A stretch of 64,000 nt of DNA from positions 94,899,164 through 94,963,163 of the forward strand of contig NC_083406.1 of assembly GCF_020745735.1 (NCBI RefSeq). Direction: 5' to 3'. Origin of the DNA: Hemiscyllium ocellatum (lineage: Eukaryota). This document shows, in pieces, positions 47,701-59,700 of this stretch; within the stretch, counting starts at the first letter, position 1, and each line of letters starts with the position of its first letter. The notes beneath the pieces were generated by a model, which saw nothing but the letters and a program-made list of their open reading frames with translations, did no database searches and was not told the origin of the DNA. The position numbers and the translations under genes are program-made.

Positions 47701-50700
47701 ATAAAAGAGAATTGGAAAACACCAAAAGGCCTTTGTAATTTTGGGATTCAAGAAGCTGAAATAGTCGTTAATGATGACTGAACATTAAACTACCTCTGAT
47801 TTTATCAAAGTTAAAATTGTTCCAATTAAAGAAATTTTATAATTAACATTGAAAATGTGCAGCATTATTCTATCTTACATTAAAAGTGCTTGGTATTCAG
47901 GCTTGTTTTAAGGCCAGTGGAAAAGTAGTGTGAATAAAATAATCAAATTACTTTTTACTTTACAGGAATTTGCAACACCAACTGTAGATGCATCAAATAA
48001 AGGATATGTAGGTGCGTTACTGCTAAAATTTTTAAAAAATGACAATTCAGCCTGTAAAATTGCAGTAGTGTAATTGAGTTGGCACTTCATTTCAAATGTG
48101 GTGCTAATCTCCTGTTCTGAAATGGTTAAGGTTTTTATTGACTTGTTCATGGAATGTGAATGGCATTGGCAGGGACAACATTTATTGCTCACCCTCAACT
48201 GCCTTGGAGAAAGTGATGGTGAACTTAGCTTGCCATTGCATGGCATGTATGGCACTTGTTACAGTAAGTCCCGTTTTAAATTTAACTCGGTTTATATCGG
48301 GAGTTTCAGTTACACAGTTCTGTGGCTTGTTTGCTGTCAAGACCTTTTGTCCAATGTTTCTGCTTTCAGTGCCTCTTCACTAGCTCTCAAACGCACCCAC
48401 TCTTTCCTGCTTCTGCCTTGTGTTCTTGCATTTAAAGTGTCCAGTGTCCGCCTCTGTCCAGACTCATTCTGGACTTGCATGAAAGCTCTGGCCTCCCCTA
48501 TACAGATAGTTCTGCCTGCATTGACTTCCTTCTGCCAATAGATGGAGCCTGGATAATTGGAATTATACTCCCTGAACTAAGCTTTTGCATACTACTTACA
48601 ACTAATTTTTCTGTACTTTACAATTTATTTTCAGAGGAAAGTACATATTTCACCTTCATGTTTCAAAGATGTTTCCTGTTGAGAAACATCCTGGCATACT
48701 TAACTGTTCAGTGTTTCATTTATATTTAATGATTTACTTATAACGCAAGTTATTTCAGCTAGAAAATCATAGTGTCACATACATGCAGGCCAACCTAGTC
48801 ATTGCTTTTTTTTCTGAACAAGAAATGTCTGAAGGAACTCCACTCCAGTTGTTATGTTGATTTCTATGGGAGCTTGTGATTGACTTCAACTTTCTTTCAC
48901 TTCAAATTGTGATTTTCAGGAATGCAACCATAACTTCAAGTGAGGACTGAAATTTGTCCAGGTTCTTGGTGAATCTGGGCACACTGCTTCATTAAATAAG
49001 GAGTAATAAGTGGTATTGAATGAGTTGCAATCATCAGTAAACATTCCACATCCAACCTTTGTGATGGAGGGCTTGTCACTGATGATGCAGCTGAAAATGA
49101 TTTTGCTAGGTACTGTTCCAAGCAGTGGAGGGTTTTCCCTCAGTTCCCAATAAGTTCAATTTAACGTTGATGCCACAACTCTAACTAAATTCTGCTTTGA
49201 TGTTGAGGGCAGTCACACCCCATTCATCTCTGATATTCAGCTCTTTTGCCCATATTTTGTCTTGGTCCAGATGGAGTTTGAAAAGAGCATTTATGAGCAG
49301 GTCATTGGTGGGTTTGTTGCTTGTTAGCACAACAAGCTAACACTGCTTTTGTTAGCAGTGTTTTTGGTTAAGTAGACTAATAGAATATAATTGGCTGAAT
49401 TAGATTTGTCCTGCACTGTGTAGAAAAATATCTGTGCAATTTTGCACACTGTTAGATCAGTGTCAGGGTTGTAGCCGCCATGAAATGGATTTGTCAGGAG
49501 TTAATTGTGCACCTAGCCATTAGACTTTAGTGTCACAGTTAGAATATTGTTACATCCCATGTTGTGCTGAATTCACCTAGTCATTTCTTTATTAAATAGA
49601 TTGAATCTCATTGGTTTATGACTGGCTTTTGTGATGCTGGGGACCTCGAAGATAGGCAGTCAGCACTTCTGGAGATTGGATGCTTTAGCTGGTTGGTAGA
49701 AAGTGAGGACTGCAAATGCTGGAGATCAGAGTCGAGAGTGTGGTGCTGGAAAAGCACAGCAGGTCAGGCAGCATCTGAGGAGCAGCAGAATTGACGTTTC
49801 GGGCATAAGCTCTTTATCAGAGTCGTTCTCCCACCAGGCGTTGGTCTCCACAAGGATCCTTCCACGTCTTACAGAAATTTACCTCTTCCTCCACCAATGT
49901 CATCTACTGTATCCGTTGCACCCGATGTGGTCTCCTGTACATCCGGGAGAAAGGATGCCTCCTTGCGGATTGTTTCAGAGAACATCTCTGGGACACCCGC
50001 ACCATCCAACCCCATCATTCTGTGGCTGAACACATCAACTTTGACGGTATTAGGCAAGAACTTTCGAAAACTGATTGGGGGCAGATGTTCGCAGGTAAAG
50101 GGACGGATGGAAAATGGGAAGCCTTCAGAAATGAGATAACGAGAATCCAGAAAAAAGTATATTCCTGTTTGGGTGAAAGGAAAGGCTGGTAGGTATAGGG
50201 AATGCTAGATGACTAAAGAGATTGAAGGTTTGGTTCAAAAAAACAAGGAAACATATGTAAGGTATGGACAGGATAGATCGAGTTAATCCTTAGAGTATAA
50301 AGGAAGTAGGAGTATACTTAAGAGGGAAATCAGGAGGGCAAAAAGGGGACATGAGATAGCTTTGGCAAATAGAATTAAGGAGAATCCAAAGAGTTTTTAC
50401 AAATACATTAAGGACAAAAGGGTAACTAGGGAGAGAATAGGGCCCCTCAATGATCAGCAAAGTGGCCTTTGTGTGGAGCCACAGAAAATGGGGGGAGATA
50501 CTAAATGAGTATTTTGCATCAGTATTTACTGTGGAAAAGGATATGGAAGATATAGACTGTAGGGAAATAGATGGTGACATCATGTAAAATGTCCATATTA
50601 CAGAGGAGGAAGTGCTGGATGTGTTGAAGTAAGTAAAGATGGATAAATCCCCAGGACCTGATCAGGTGTACCTAGAACTCTGTGGGAAGCTAGAAAAGTG

Positions 50701-53700
50701 ATTGCTATGATCGATAATCACAGGTGAGGTGCTGGAAGACTGGAGGTTGGCTAAAGTGGTGCCACTGTTTAAGAAAGGTGGTAAGGACAAGCCAGGGAAC
50801 TATAGACTAGTGAGCCTGATGTTGGTGGTGGGCAAGTTGTTGGAGGGAATCTTGAGGGACAGGATGTACATGTGTTTGGAAAGTCAAGGACTGATTAGGG
50901 ATAGTCAACATGGCTTTGTGCATGGAAAATCATCTCTCACAAACTTGATTGAGTTTTTTGAGGAAGTAACAAAGAGGATTGATGAGGGCAGAGCGGTAGA
51001 TGTGATCTATATGGACTTCAATAAGGCGTTCGATAAGGTTCCCCATGGGAGACTGATTAGCAAAGTTAAATCTCACGGAATACAGGGAGAACTAGCCATT
51101 TGGATACAGAACTGGCTCAAAGGTAAAGACAGAGGGTGGTAGTGGAGGGTTTTTCAGACTGGAGGCCTGTGACCAGTGGAGTACCACAAGGATCGGTGCT
51201 GGGTCCTCTACTTTTCATCATTTACATAAATGATTTGGATGCGAGCATAAGAGTTACAGTTAGTAAGTTTGCAGATGACACCAAAATCGGAGGTGTAGTA
51301 GAGTGGACAGCGAAGAGGATTACAACAGGAACTTGACCAGATGGGCCAATGGGCTGAGAAGTGGCAGATGGAGTTTAATTCAGATAAATGCGAGGTGCTG
51401 CATTATGGGAAAGCAAATCTTAGCAGGATTTATACACTTACTGGTAAGGTCCTAGGGAGTATTGCTGAACAAAGAGACCTTGGAGTGCAGGTTCATAGCT
51501 TCTTGAAAGTGGAGTCGCAGGTAGATAGGATAGTGAAGAAGGTGTTTGGTATGCTTTCCTTTATTGGTCAGAATATTGAATACATGAGTTGGGAGGTCAT
51601 GTTGCAGCTGTACAGGACATTGGTTAGGCCACTGTTGGAATATTGCATGCAATTCTGGTCTCATTCCTATCAGAATGATGTTGTGAAACTTGAAAGGGTT
51701 CAGAAAAGATTTACAAGGATGATGCCAGGGTTAGAGCATCTGAGCTATATGGAGAGGCTGAATAGGCTGGGGCTGCTTTCCCTGGAGCGTCGGAGGTTGA
51801 GGCGTGCCCTTATAGAGGTTTACAAAATTATGAAGGGCAGGGATAGGATAAATAGGCAAAGTCTTTTCCCTGGTGTCGAGGAGTCCAGAACTAGAGGGCA
51901 TAGGTTGAGGGTGAGAGGGGAAAGATATAAAAGAGACCTACGGGGCAACTTTTTCACACAGAGGGTGGTAGGAGAATGAAATGAGCTGCCAGAGGAAGTG
52001 GTGGAGGCTGGTAAAATTGCAACATTTCAGAGGCATTTGGATGGGTATATGAATAGGAAGGGTTTGGAGAGATATGGGCCAGGTGCTGGCAGGTGGGACT
52101 AGATTGGGTTGGGATATCTGGTCAGCATGGACAGGTTTGAGTGAAGGGTCTGTTTCCATGCTGTACATCTCTATGACATTCCATCAAGGACATGCAGTTC
52201 CTGGACCTTCTTCATCGCCAAACTCTTACCAACTGATGCCTGGAGGAAGAACGCCTCATATTCTGCCTTGGGACCCTGCAACCACATGGGATCAATGTGG
52301 ATTTCAACAGTTTCCTCGTTTCCCCTCCCCTCACATTATCTCAGTCCCAAGCCTCCAACTCGGCACCGCCCTCTTGGCTTGTCCATCACCTTTCCCATCT
52401 ATCCGTTGCACCCTCCTCTCTGATCTATTACCCTTTCCCTCACCTTCATCTACCTGTTGCATTCTCAGCCACACACTTTTCCCTCCCTTCCCCCAAACCC
52501 AGCCCTCCTCCCATTTATCTCTCAGCCCCCTGGTCCACAAGCCTTGTTCCTGAAACATCGATTCTCCTGCTCCTCAGATGCTGCCTGACCTGCTGTGCTT
52601 TTCCAGCACCATACTCTTGATTGCTTTAGCTGGTTGAATCATAACTAGCATAAAGGATGATGGTTGTTGGACGCTGCTTGTATCAACCCCAGGACATCTC
52701 AGTAGAGTTTCCCAAGGTAGTGTCCAAGCCTAACTGTCTTAGTTGCTCTATCAATCAATAGCCTTCCATCAGGTTTTAGAAGTTGATGGTAATCAGTAAC
52801 GTTAAAGTGGCTAGAAACAGTTGATTTGTAGCTTCTCACCCCAGTGACCAGTTAGGGTCCTATTGTCCTCGACTGGATTTCTAACATTTTTAGAGTATTT
52901 GTCATCTTTTATACACTTAAAATTCTTTTCCAGTTAATTTTATATTCTGTTTGAAGCTGCAAGTAAGTGTTCCTTTGTTCATTAACACAAGTTGACTGAC
53001 TTGAAACTTCCAGATATGAAACTCCAAATTACCATTGAGACTTACTGGAAATTGTTGCAGAGCCTTCAAGTCCTCCTAGCTGGCCTCACATCCTTCTAAT
53101 AGTGCAGACTGAAAATGTCTCACATTTCAGCAACTTAATAGAATACAAGTCAGCTGGCACTACCTGTAGCACTGCATTAACTTCTGGTTAAATGAGTTAG
53201 GGAGTAGTAAAGAGATTTAACTATTCAAATGTACAAAGTGCTTAAATTTATGTAGGTAAGGTCATGGCTGATCTGTTTGTTCCAAATTCCGCATTCCCAT
53301 CTGCTTGCTGATAAACTTTGACCCCTTTTGAACAATGGAATCAATCAGCCTTTGCCTTAAAATATTCAGTAACCCCCACCTCTGTCACTTCCTGAGGCGC
53401 TATGTTCCAAAGTTGTCCAGCCCTCTGGAAGAGCAAAATTCTCCTCATCTCCATCTTTAAAGAGTGACCCTATTTTTAAAAGTGTTCTGCAGTTCTAGGC
53501 CCATCCTCAAGAATGAACGTAATTTCCATATCCACTTTTTCTGAATCATTCAAGATCTAATAAACTATACTCAAATCTCCCTTTGCTCTTCTAGACTTGT
53601 GAAAACAAGCCTAGCCTGTTTAACCGTTCCTCACGAACACCCTTCGTTCCAGATATCAATCCAGTAAATGTGCTCTGAACCGCCTCCAATGCATTTACAT

Positions 53701-56700
53701 TTTTACTCCAATAAGGAGATCTAAACTGAACGGTATTCAGGATGTGATCTCAACTATGCCCTGCATTACAGCATTATATCTTCAATTTTCGTGTAATAAA
53801 AGATAGCATCCCAGTATCCTCTTTGATTATGTGCTTAGCAGTATGCTAACTCTTTGTAACGTGCCTTAGAATGCCTAGATAGTTCTGCACCTTAGAAATC
53901 TGCAGACCTTTACCCTTTTGATTAATACTCTGCTTTTTTATTCTTCCTTTTAACGTGAAGGTTCTGGTGATCTAATCAAGGTATTAAAAATGATTTAATT
54001 TTGATAGGGATCGATACAGAAAGACTATTTCTTTGGCTGGACATCTAGAGGAGAAGACCACAATCTTAAAATTGTAGCTAGGCCATTTAATAGTGATCCT
54101 TTTATGCACAAAGGCAGTGAAAATCTGGAAATCTCTTTCCCCATAAGGCTATTGATTTTGGATCAGTTGAAAGTTTTATGGCTGAGATATGTTGTGAGTA
54201 AGGGTAGCAAGGAAAAATGCAGTGAGGTGGCTAAATAGAGTTCAAATTCTGATCAACCATGATCTTAATTCAATGATAGAATGAGCTTGAAGGTGAATAG
54301 CTGACTTTTGTTTCTGTTTTCCTCTGCAAGTCCACATGGCAAAAATAACGAAAGAACCTTTTATTTTAAAACAGTGCCAAATGTAGATTTACCACCATTA
54401 TGTTCATCGAGGTTTCGACCTGGCCCTCCCAGCGAACAAGCACAAGCAGCGAGTCAATTTATTTATGATGTCATAGAAAAGTAAGAATCTCATTTGCATC
54501 AGTAACTGAACAAATTATTTTTGTCCTGTTGCATATTAAAATATTTTCAAAATAGACCAGTATGATAAATGTAACATTTGTGAACTTTTTTTTCTCAAAA
54601 ATATAGTTCACAGATCATACAAAAGGAGGACCTCTGCATTGAAAAAGGGAAGGTAAGTAAAATTCAGTGGTAAAGTTTGAGGCTAGCATTTTGAATTCTT
54701 TAAAGATGCTGCATAAATACAAGTTCTAGTTGCTATTAAGTACTTTGCTCACTAGTGCTATTTTGGTTCTACCAGGACCAATCACTTCATGACTTCAGTG
54801 CAGTCTTACTTCACAAAGACAAGTGGTAAATTGTAGAATGAAGTGAAAGTGACTGCTATTGATCTAAAGGTAGCATTGACTGAGTATTAGGATGGAGGAA
54901 CCCTGGTAAAATCTACACCAATGGGAAGCAGGAAAACTGCTTACTGGTCGAAGTGACACCTAATACAAAGGGACATGTCTGTCGGATGCTAATTATCTCG
55001 GCCGCATGACATTGCTGCAAAGATTTTTCAGGATGGCATCCTTGGCCCTTCAGCTGATTCACCAATGAACTTTCCTCTATTGTTAGGTCCATAAGTTGGT
55101 TTGTTTGCTGATGATTACATTATATTTAACACTATCACAACTAACCATTAAATTCAAAACAATCTCGCAAACTGAACAAATGATGAAATTTTTATACTAG
55201 AGAGTTGTGTTTACTATTTGAAATCAAGCATGTGTGAGAAGTTAGCTGTCTGTTCTAAGAATGCAAAGACCGAGTAAGAGAGTTCTTGTGTTCAGTTTCT
55301 CATTACATGAGAGTGTCTGTTATTTCTCAGATCTGAACAATAGAATAGAGTGTGGTGGAGAGGGCATTTGAGAACTTGGGCTGACCTCTAGTCACCAGAG
55401 GTCTTCATGTGACAGACTGATTCTCAACCTGTATCTTTAGGCAGAACATCACTCCAGGTAAGGGGATTTGAAATGCAAGGTTTAGTTTCCTTTCGATCCT
55501 TTGCTTGTGCTGCTTTGACCCATGGATAAGAAGTTGTTTTTGTGCAGTTTGATGCACAGGTTGTCGCCATTCTGAATGATTAGTCACACTCTCCTCCCAT
55601 CTATTAACACAAATGCTGTTAATTATTTTAAGGGACAGATTTGAAACCAGTGAGTATTTTGAGGTTGTCGACTGAGAGTTTACATAGGCCAGAGAGCACA
55701 GCGGTGATAGGGCAATGGAACTTGCTGCAAGATACAACATGGGAAGCAGAATTTTGGATGACCTCAAGTTGATAAAAGGTAGAATTTGGGAGACAGTTAG
55801 AAGTTCCTTGGAATAGTTGAGTCATAGAGATGTACAGCATACTTTGAGAAAGCTTTTGATAAGGTCCTACATAAGAGATTAGCATGTAAAATTAAAGTGC
55901 ATGGAATTGGGGGTACTGTACTGACATGGATAGACAATTAGTTGGCGGGCAAGGAACAAATAATAGGAGCAAACAGATTTTTTTTTGAGTGGCAGCCAGT
56001 GACTAATAGGATTCTATAGGGATCAGTGTTTGCATCTGAGCTATTCACTAAATATTGATGATATAGATGAGACAAAATGTAGTATGCAGAAGACACAAAT
56101 CTGGTTGGGAGAGTGAATTCTGAGGAGGATGTAGAGATGCTTCAGTGAGATTTGGGCAAGTTGAGTGTGGGCAAATGGATGGCTGATGAAGTATAATGTG
56201 GATATGTGTGAGATTATTCACTTTGGTAGTAAAAACAAGATGACAGATTGGAAAAGGGGGTGGTACGATGAGACCCAAGTATCTTTCTACATCAGTTATT
56301 GAAAGTAAGCAAGCAGGTGTAGCAGGCGGTGAAGAAGGTGAATAATATATGTTATCCTTAGTATAGTGAGAGGATTCTAGTAATGAGCAGAGATGCCTTG
56401 CTGCAGTTGTAAAGGGCCTTGCTGAGACCATACCTGGAGTGTGCAACTTTGGTCACTTTATCTGAGAAGTGATATTCTCACTATTGAGGGGGTTAACAAA
56501 GGTTTATCAGATAGTTCTGCAATCTCAGGAATCAGTCATATGAAGAGAGACTGGATTACTTAGGACTACATTCGCTGAGGTTTTGAAGAATGGGGGGGGG
56601 GGGTGGATCTCACAGAAACTTATACAAATCAAACATAGCTAGACAAGGTAAGCACAGGAGGGGTTTTCACCAGGACTGTGCAGTCTAGTACTAGGGGTCT

Positions 56701-59700
56701 CAGTCTAAGTACTGTTATGAACTACGCCAGACCACTCAAAAGATTCTTTAGCAGGCAGCCCTGACCATAACGTTGCAATTTGTTTCAATACGCGTACAGT
56801 GAAAATTACCCAGAGTAAGTTAGTGAGGTTGCCTACCAGGTTTAAAACAAACGAAAAGATTTACTCACAAAATTACATAATGAAACACAAAGAACAGAAT
56901 AAAGAACCCTACAGAACTCGTGGGCGGCACGGTGGCACAGTGGTTAGCACTGCTGCCTCACAGCGCCTGTAGACCCGGGTTCAATTCCCGACTCAGGCGA
57001 CTGACTGTGTGGAGTTTGCACGTTCTCCCCGTGTGCGTGGGTTTCCTCCGGGTGCTCCGGTTTCCTCCCACAGTCCAAAGATGTGCGGGTCAGGTGAATT
57101 GGCCAAGCTAAATTGCCCGTAGTGTTAGGTAAGGGGTAAATGTAGGGGTATGGGTGGGTTGCGCCTCGGCGGGTCGGTGTGGACTTGTTGGGCCGAAGGG
57201 CCTGTTTCCACACTGTAAGTCTAATCTAATCTAACTCAGTCTATCCAAACTAGACTTAATTCTGCTGTCCTGAATATAACAGTCCCAATAAGCAAACCCC
57301 CATAAAAACCACAAATGGAACACATGCTTACAGTTTGAGGATAGTAGGGCAGAAAGAGAGAATTTGCTGCCACACAGCTCACTGCTGAACTCCCAACTAG
57401 TTCTGGACTGAACTAAATTGCTCAGTTAGAAAGTGGACCACTCCCCTTTCATTATACAGGTCACTTCTAAAACATGACCACCTTGGCCTGAAGTCTCATC
57501 TGTTCACATATAAGCAAAAGGCCTGTCAAAACCTTTTTCATCTCTGTATCAAACCAGTCTAATCAGAACCCGGCCTGGTTTATTACCCCTCTGAATAATA
57601 TCAACGATAGAGTATCCTTGAGCCAAGGACAGCTTATAGAAAAAAAGGACTAGCTTTGTGACAGTACATGGGGTAGGCCTTTTAGGAATGAGATGATGAT
57701 AGAAAATTTCTTTACCCAGAGTGATCAACCAATGGAATTCTTTACTCTTGAAAGCAGTGGAGGCTAAACATTGAATGTTTTCAAGGAAGTGTCACATATA
57801 GTTCTTAAGGCTAATGCTGTCAAAGGTTATGAGGAGAAAGCGGGAACAGGCTACTGAGTGAGATGATCAGTCATCAGTTAGATGAGCAAAACAGGCTCAA
57901 AGGTCTCAATGACCTAATTTTATTTTAAGTTTCTGTAAATCTATTATCAATGTTGATGGGAATGATGATTTTTGCAGCTAATGAACTGTGACTGGCAAAG
58001 CCAGGTGATACTACAGAGCTAGAAACATATAGACCCTATGATAATGAGGGCAGAAAACTATCTCCGGATCAAACATGAAACTAAGCTTATGAAGCAACTG
58101 GCTTAAGGTTGGATTGTCTGCGGAGTTGGTAGTTAGGGAATGGCATTTGAAAAGAGAACTAAAATCAATGGCTTCAATCTTATAGATATTTACTTGGAGG
58201 GAAATTTCAGCTCATTCCACTCTGGATGTTAGATACATATTGATAGTGGAGGAGTGGAAAGATTATGGGTAGAGCTGGGTATCATCACATGTGAAAACTA
58301 ATGCGGTACTTTTGGATGATGTCACGAAGGAGCAGCATTTGATGACAAATAAGAGGGGCCAAGAATACATTCATGCAGGACACCAAAGTTAATGAGTGGA
58401 GGTTAGTTGGGCATGCTTGAATCAAGGTTCCTTCATGGGATATGTTTGTACCTGATGAGTGTCCCACTGAAGTGAATGTTGTTCACATGAGCTTAATGAC
58501 TTTCAGTGGGATATTTAGATGTATTTCATAATTTACTCTTTTTTTTAGATTATATTCCCTACAGTATGAAAACAGGCGCTTCGGCCCAACAAGTCCACAC
58601 TGATTCTTCAGCCCCGTAGGGGTTTGTAAGAACAGTACCATGAAACCTGTCTGTTTTTATTATACGTCACCAAATATACTGAGAGAAATTGTAGCACTCT
58701 TAGCGGTATGTGGTTGCGTCTGTATCTGTGCATTGGATACTTGGTGTGCATCTTAATTATACTGCGGCAATAGAGGATTACTTTGGTTCAGCAACACATT
58801 ATAAATCTGAGTATTGATGTATCTGTATTTTTCTTTTCTTTCAGCTTGCTTGGGTTGTATATTGTGACATGGTGTGCTTAGATTATGATGGAAACTTATT
58901 GGATGCCTGTATCATAGCCCTGCTAGCAGCACTGAAAAATGGTGAGGATGCCAATGTTCTTAAAATAAAAGCCACGTTTATTTAATCTTTCCCTGTAAAT
59001 CAGTTGCCTCCAATCAGCAGCCGAGCCAGATTTGGAAATTCAGCAAGTGGAGACCCTGACTTAAATTCTTTCACATCACTACCTCACCATGGAACTCGTG
59101 AAATGGATTCAATATGCAATGTTAATGTTTAATTATTGCAGAATTTAAATTTTAAGAAGTTTCCACATGAAATATTTGTATTAAACTGGTGTTTATTTTG
59201 GATAAGGTAAAGTTACCATAGGGCAGTTCTCTCATTAGAGAGAGAGAGACAACTAGTGATGGTTTAACTTAAGGTTCAGCATGCCCCAGGCAAGAATGGT
59301 GGTTGGCAAAGTGGGACCCTTTATAGTGACTTCAGCCAGTATGGGAATCGAACCCGAACTGTTGGAGGCTCTGCATCACAAACCAGCTGTCCAACCAAAT
59401 GAACTAACCACTTGTGTATGGCAATGCATCGGAAGTGAGGCATGTGAAAATAAGTATATTTCAGTGTGCTTTTTTTCCCTTTTTCTCTGGGTGTTACCTC
59501 TTCATTGCCACTTCTTGATGCTTACCATTTTATTATATATGCTCTGGTGCAAATTGCACTTAGCTGAATTTTTGTTTGTTGCTGTTTCGTGCAGTTCATT
59601 CATTAACTTGTCAGTGAGAGGAGTTTTTAATTGTTATTAGTAAAGATCTGGAGCTTTATATGACAAATTTAGTTTCCATTCTCTTAAGATAAATATTAAA

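Larger units (their letters stand above)
55835..57935 (+). mobile_element. Degenerate CR1 RT/3' region interrupted by a solo LTR
   Basis: [26 protein letters not shown]; continuity across gtac at 56709 and 57664. Confidence 0.8.

Noticed and set aside
50729-51979. Apparent reverse transcriptase gene
   Set aside because: 5'-truncated CR1 with frameshifts and stops, and no endonuclease or ORF1; neither a functional nor an evidently domesticated gene.
56920-57000. tRNA-like sequence (also at 13000, 27870-27937 and 59330-59410)
   Set aside because: SINE heads with A/B boxes that continue into SINE bodies; no complete cloverleaf or Pol III terminator.
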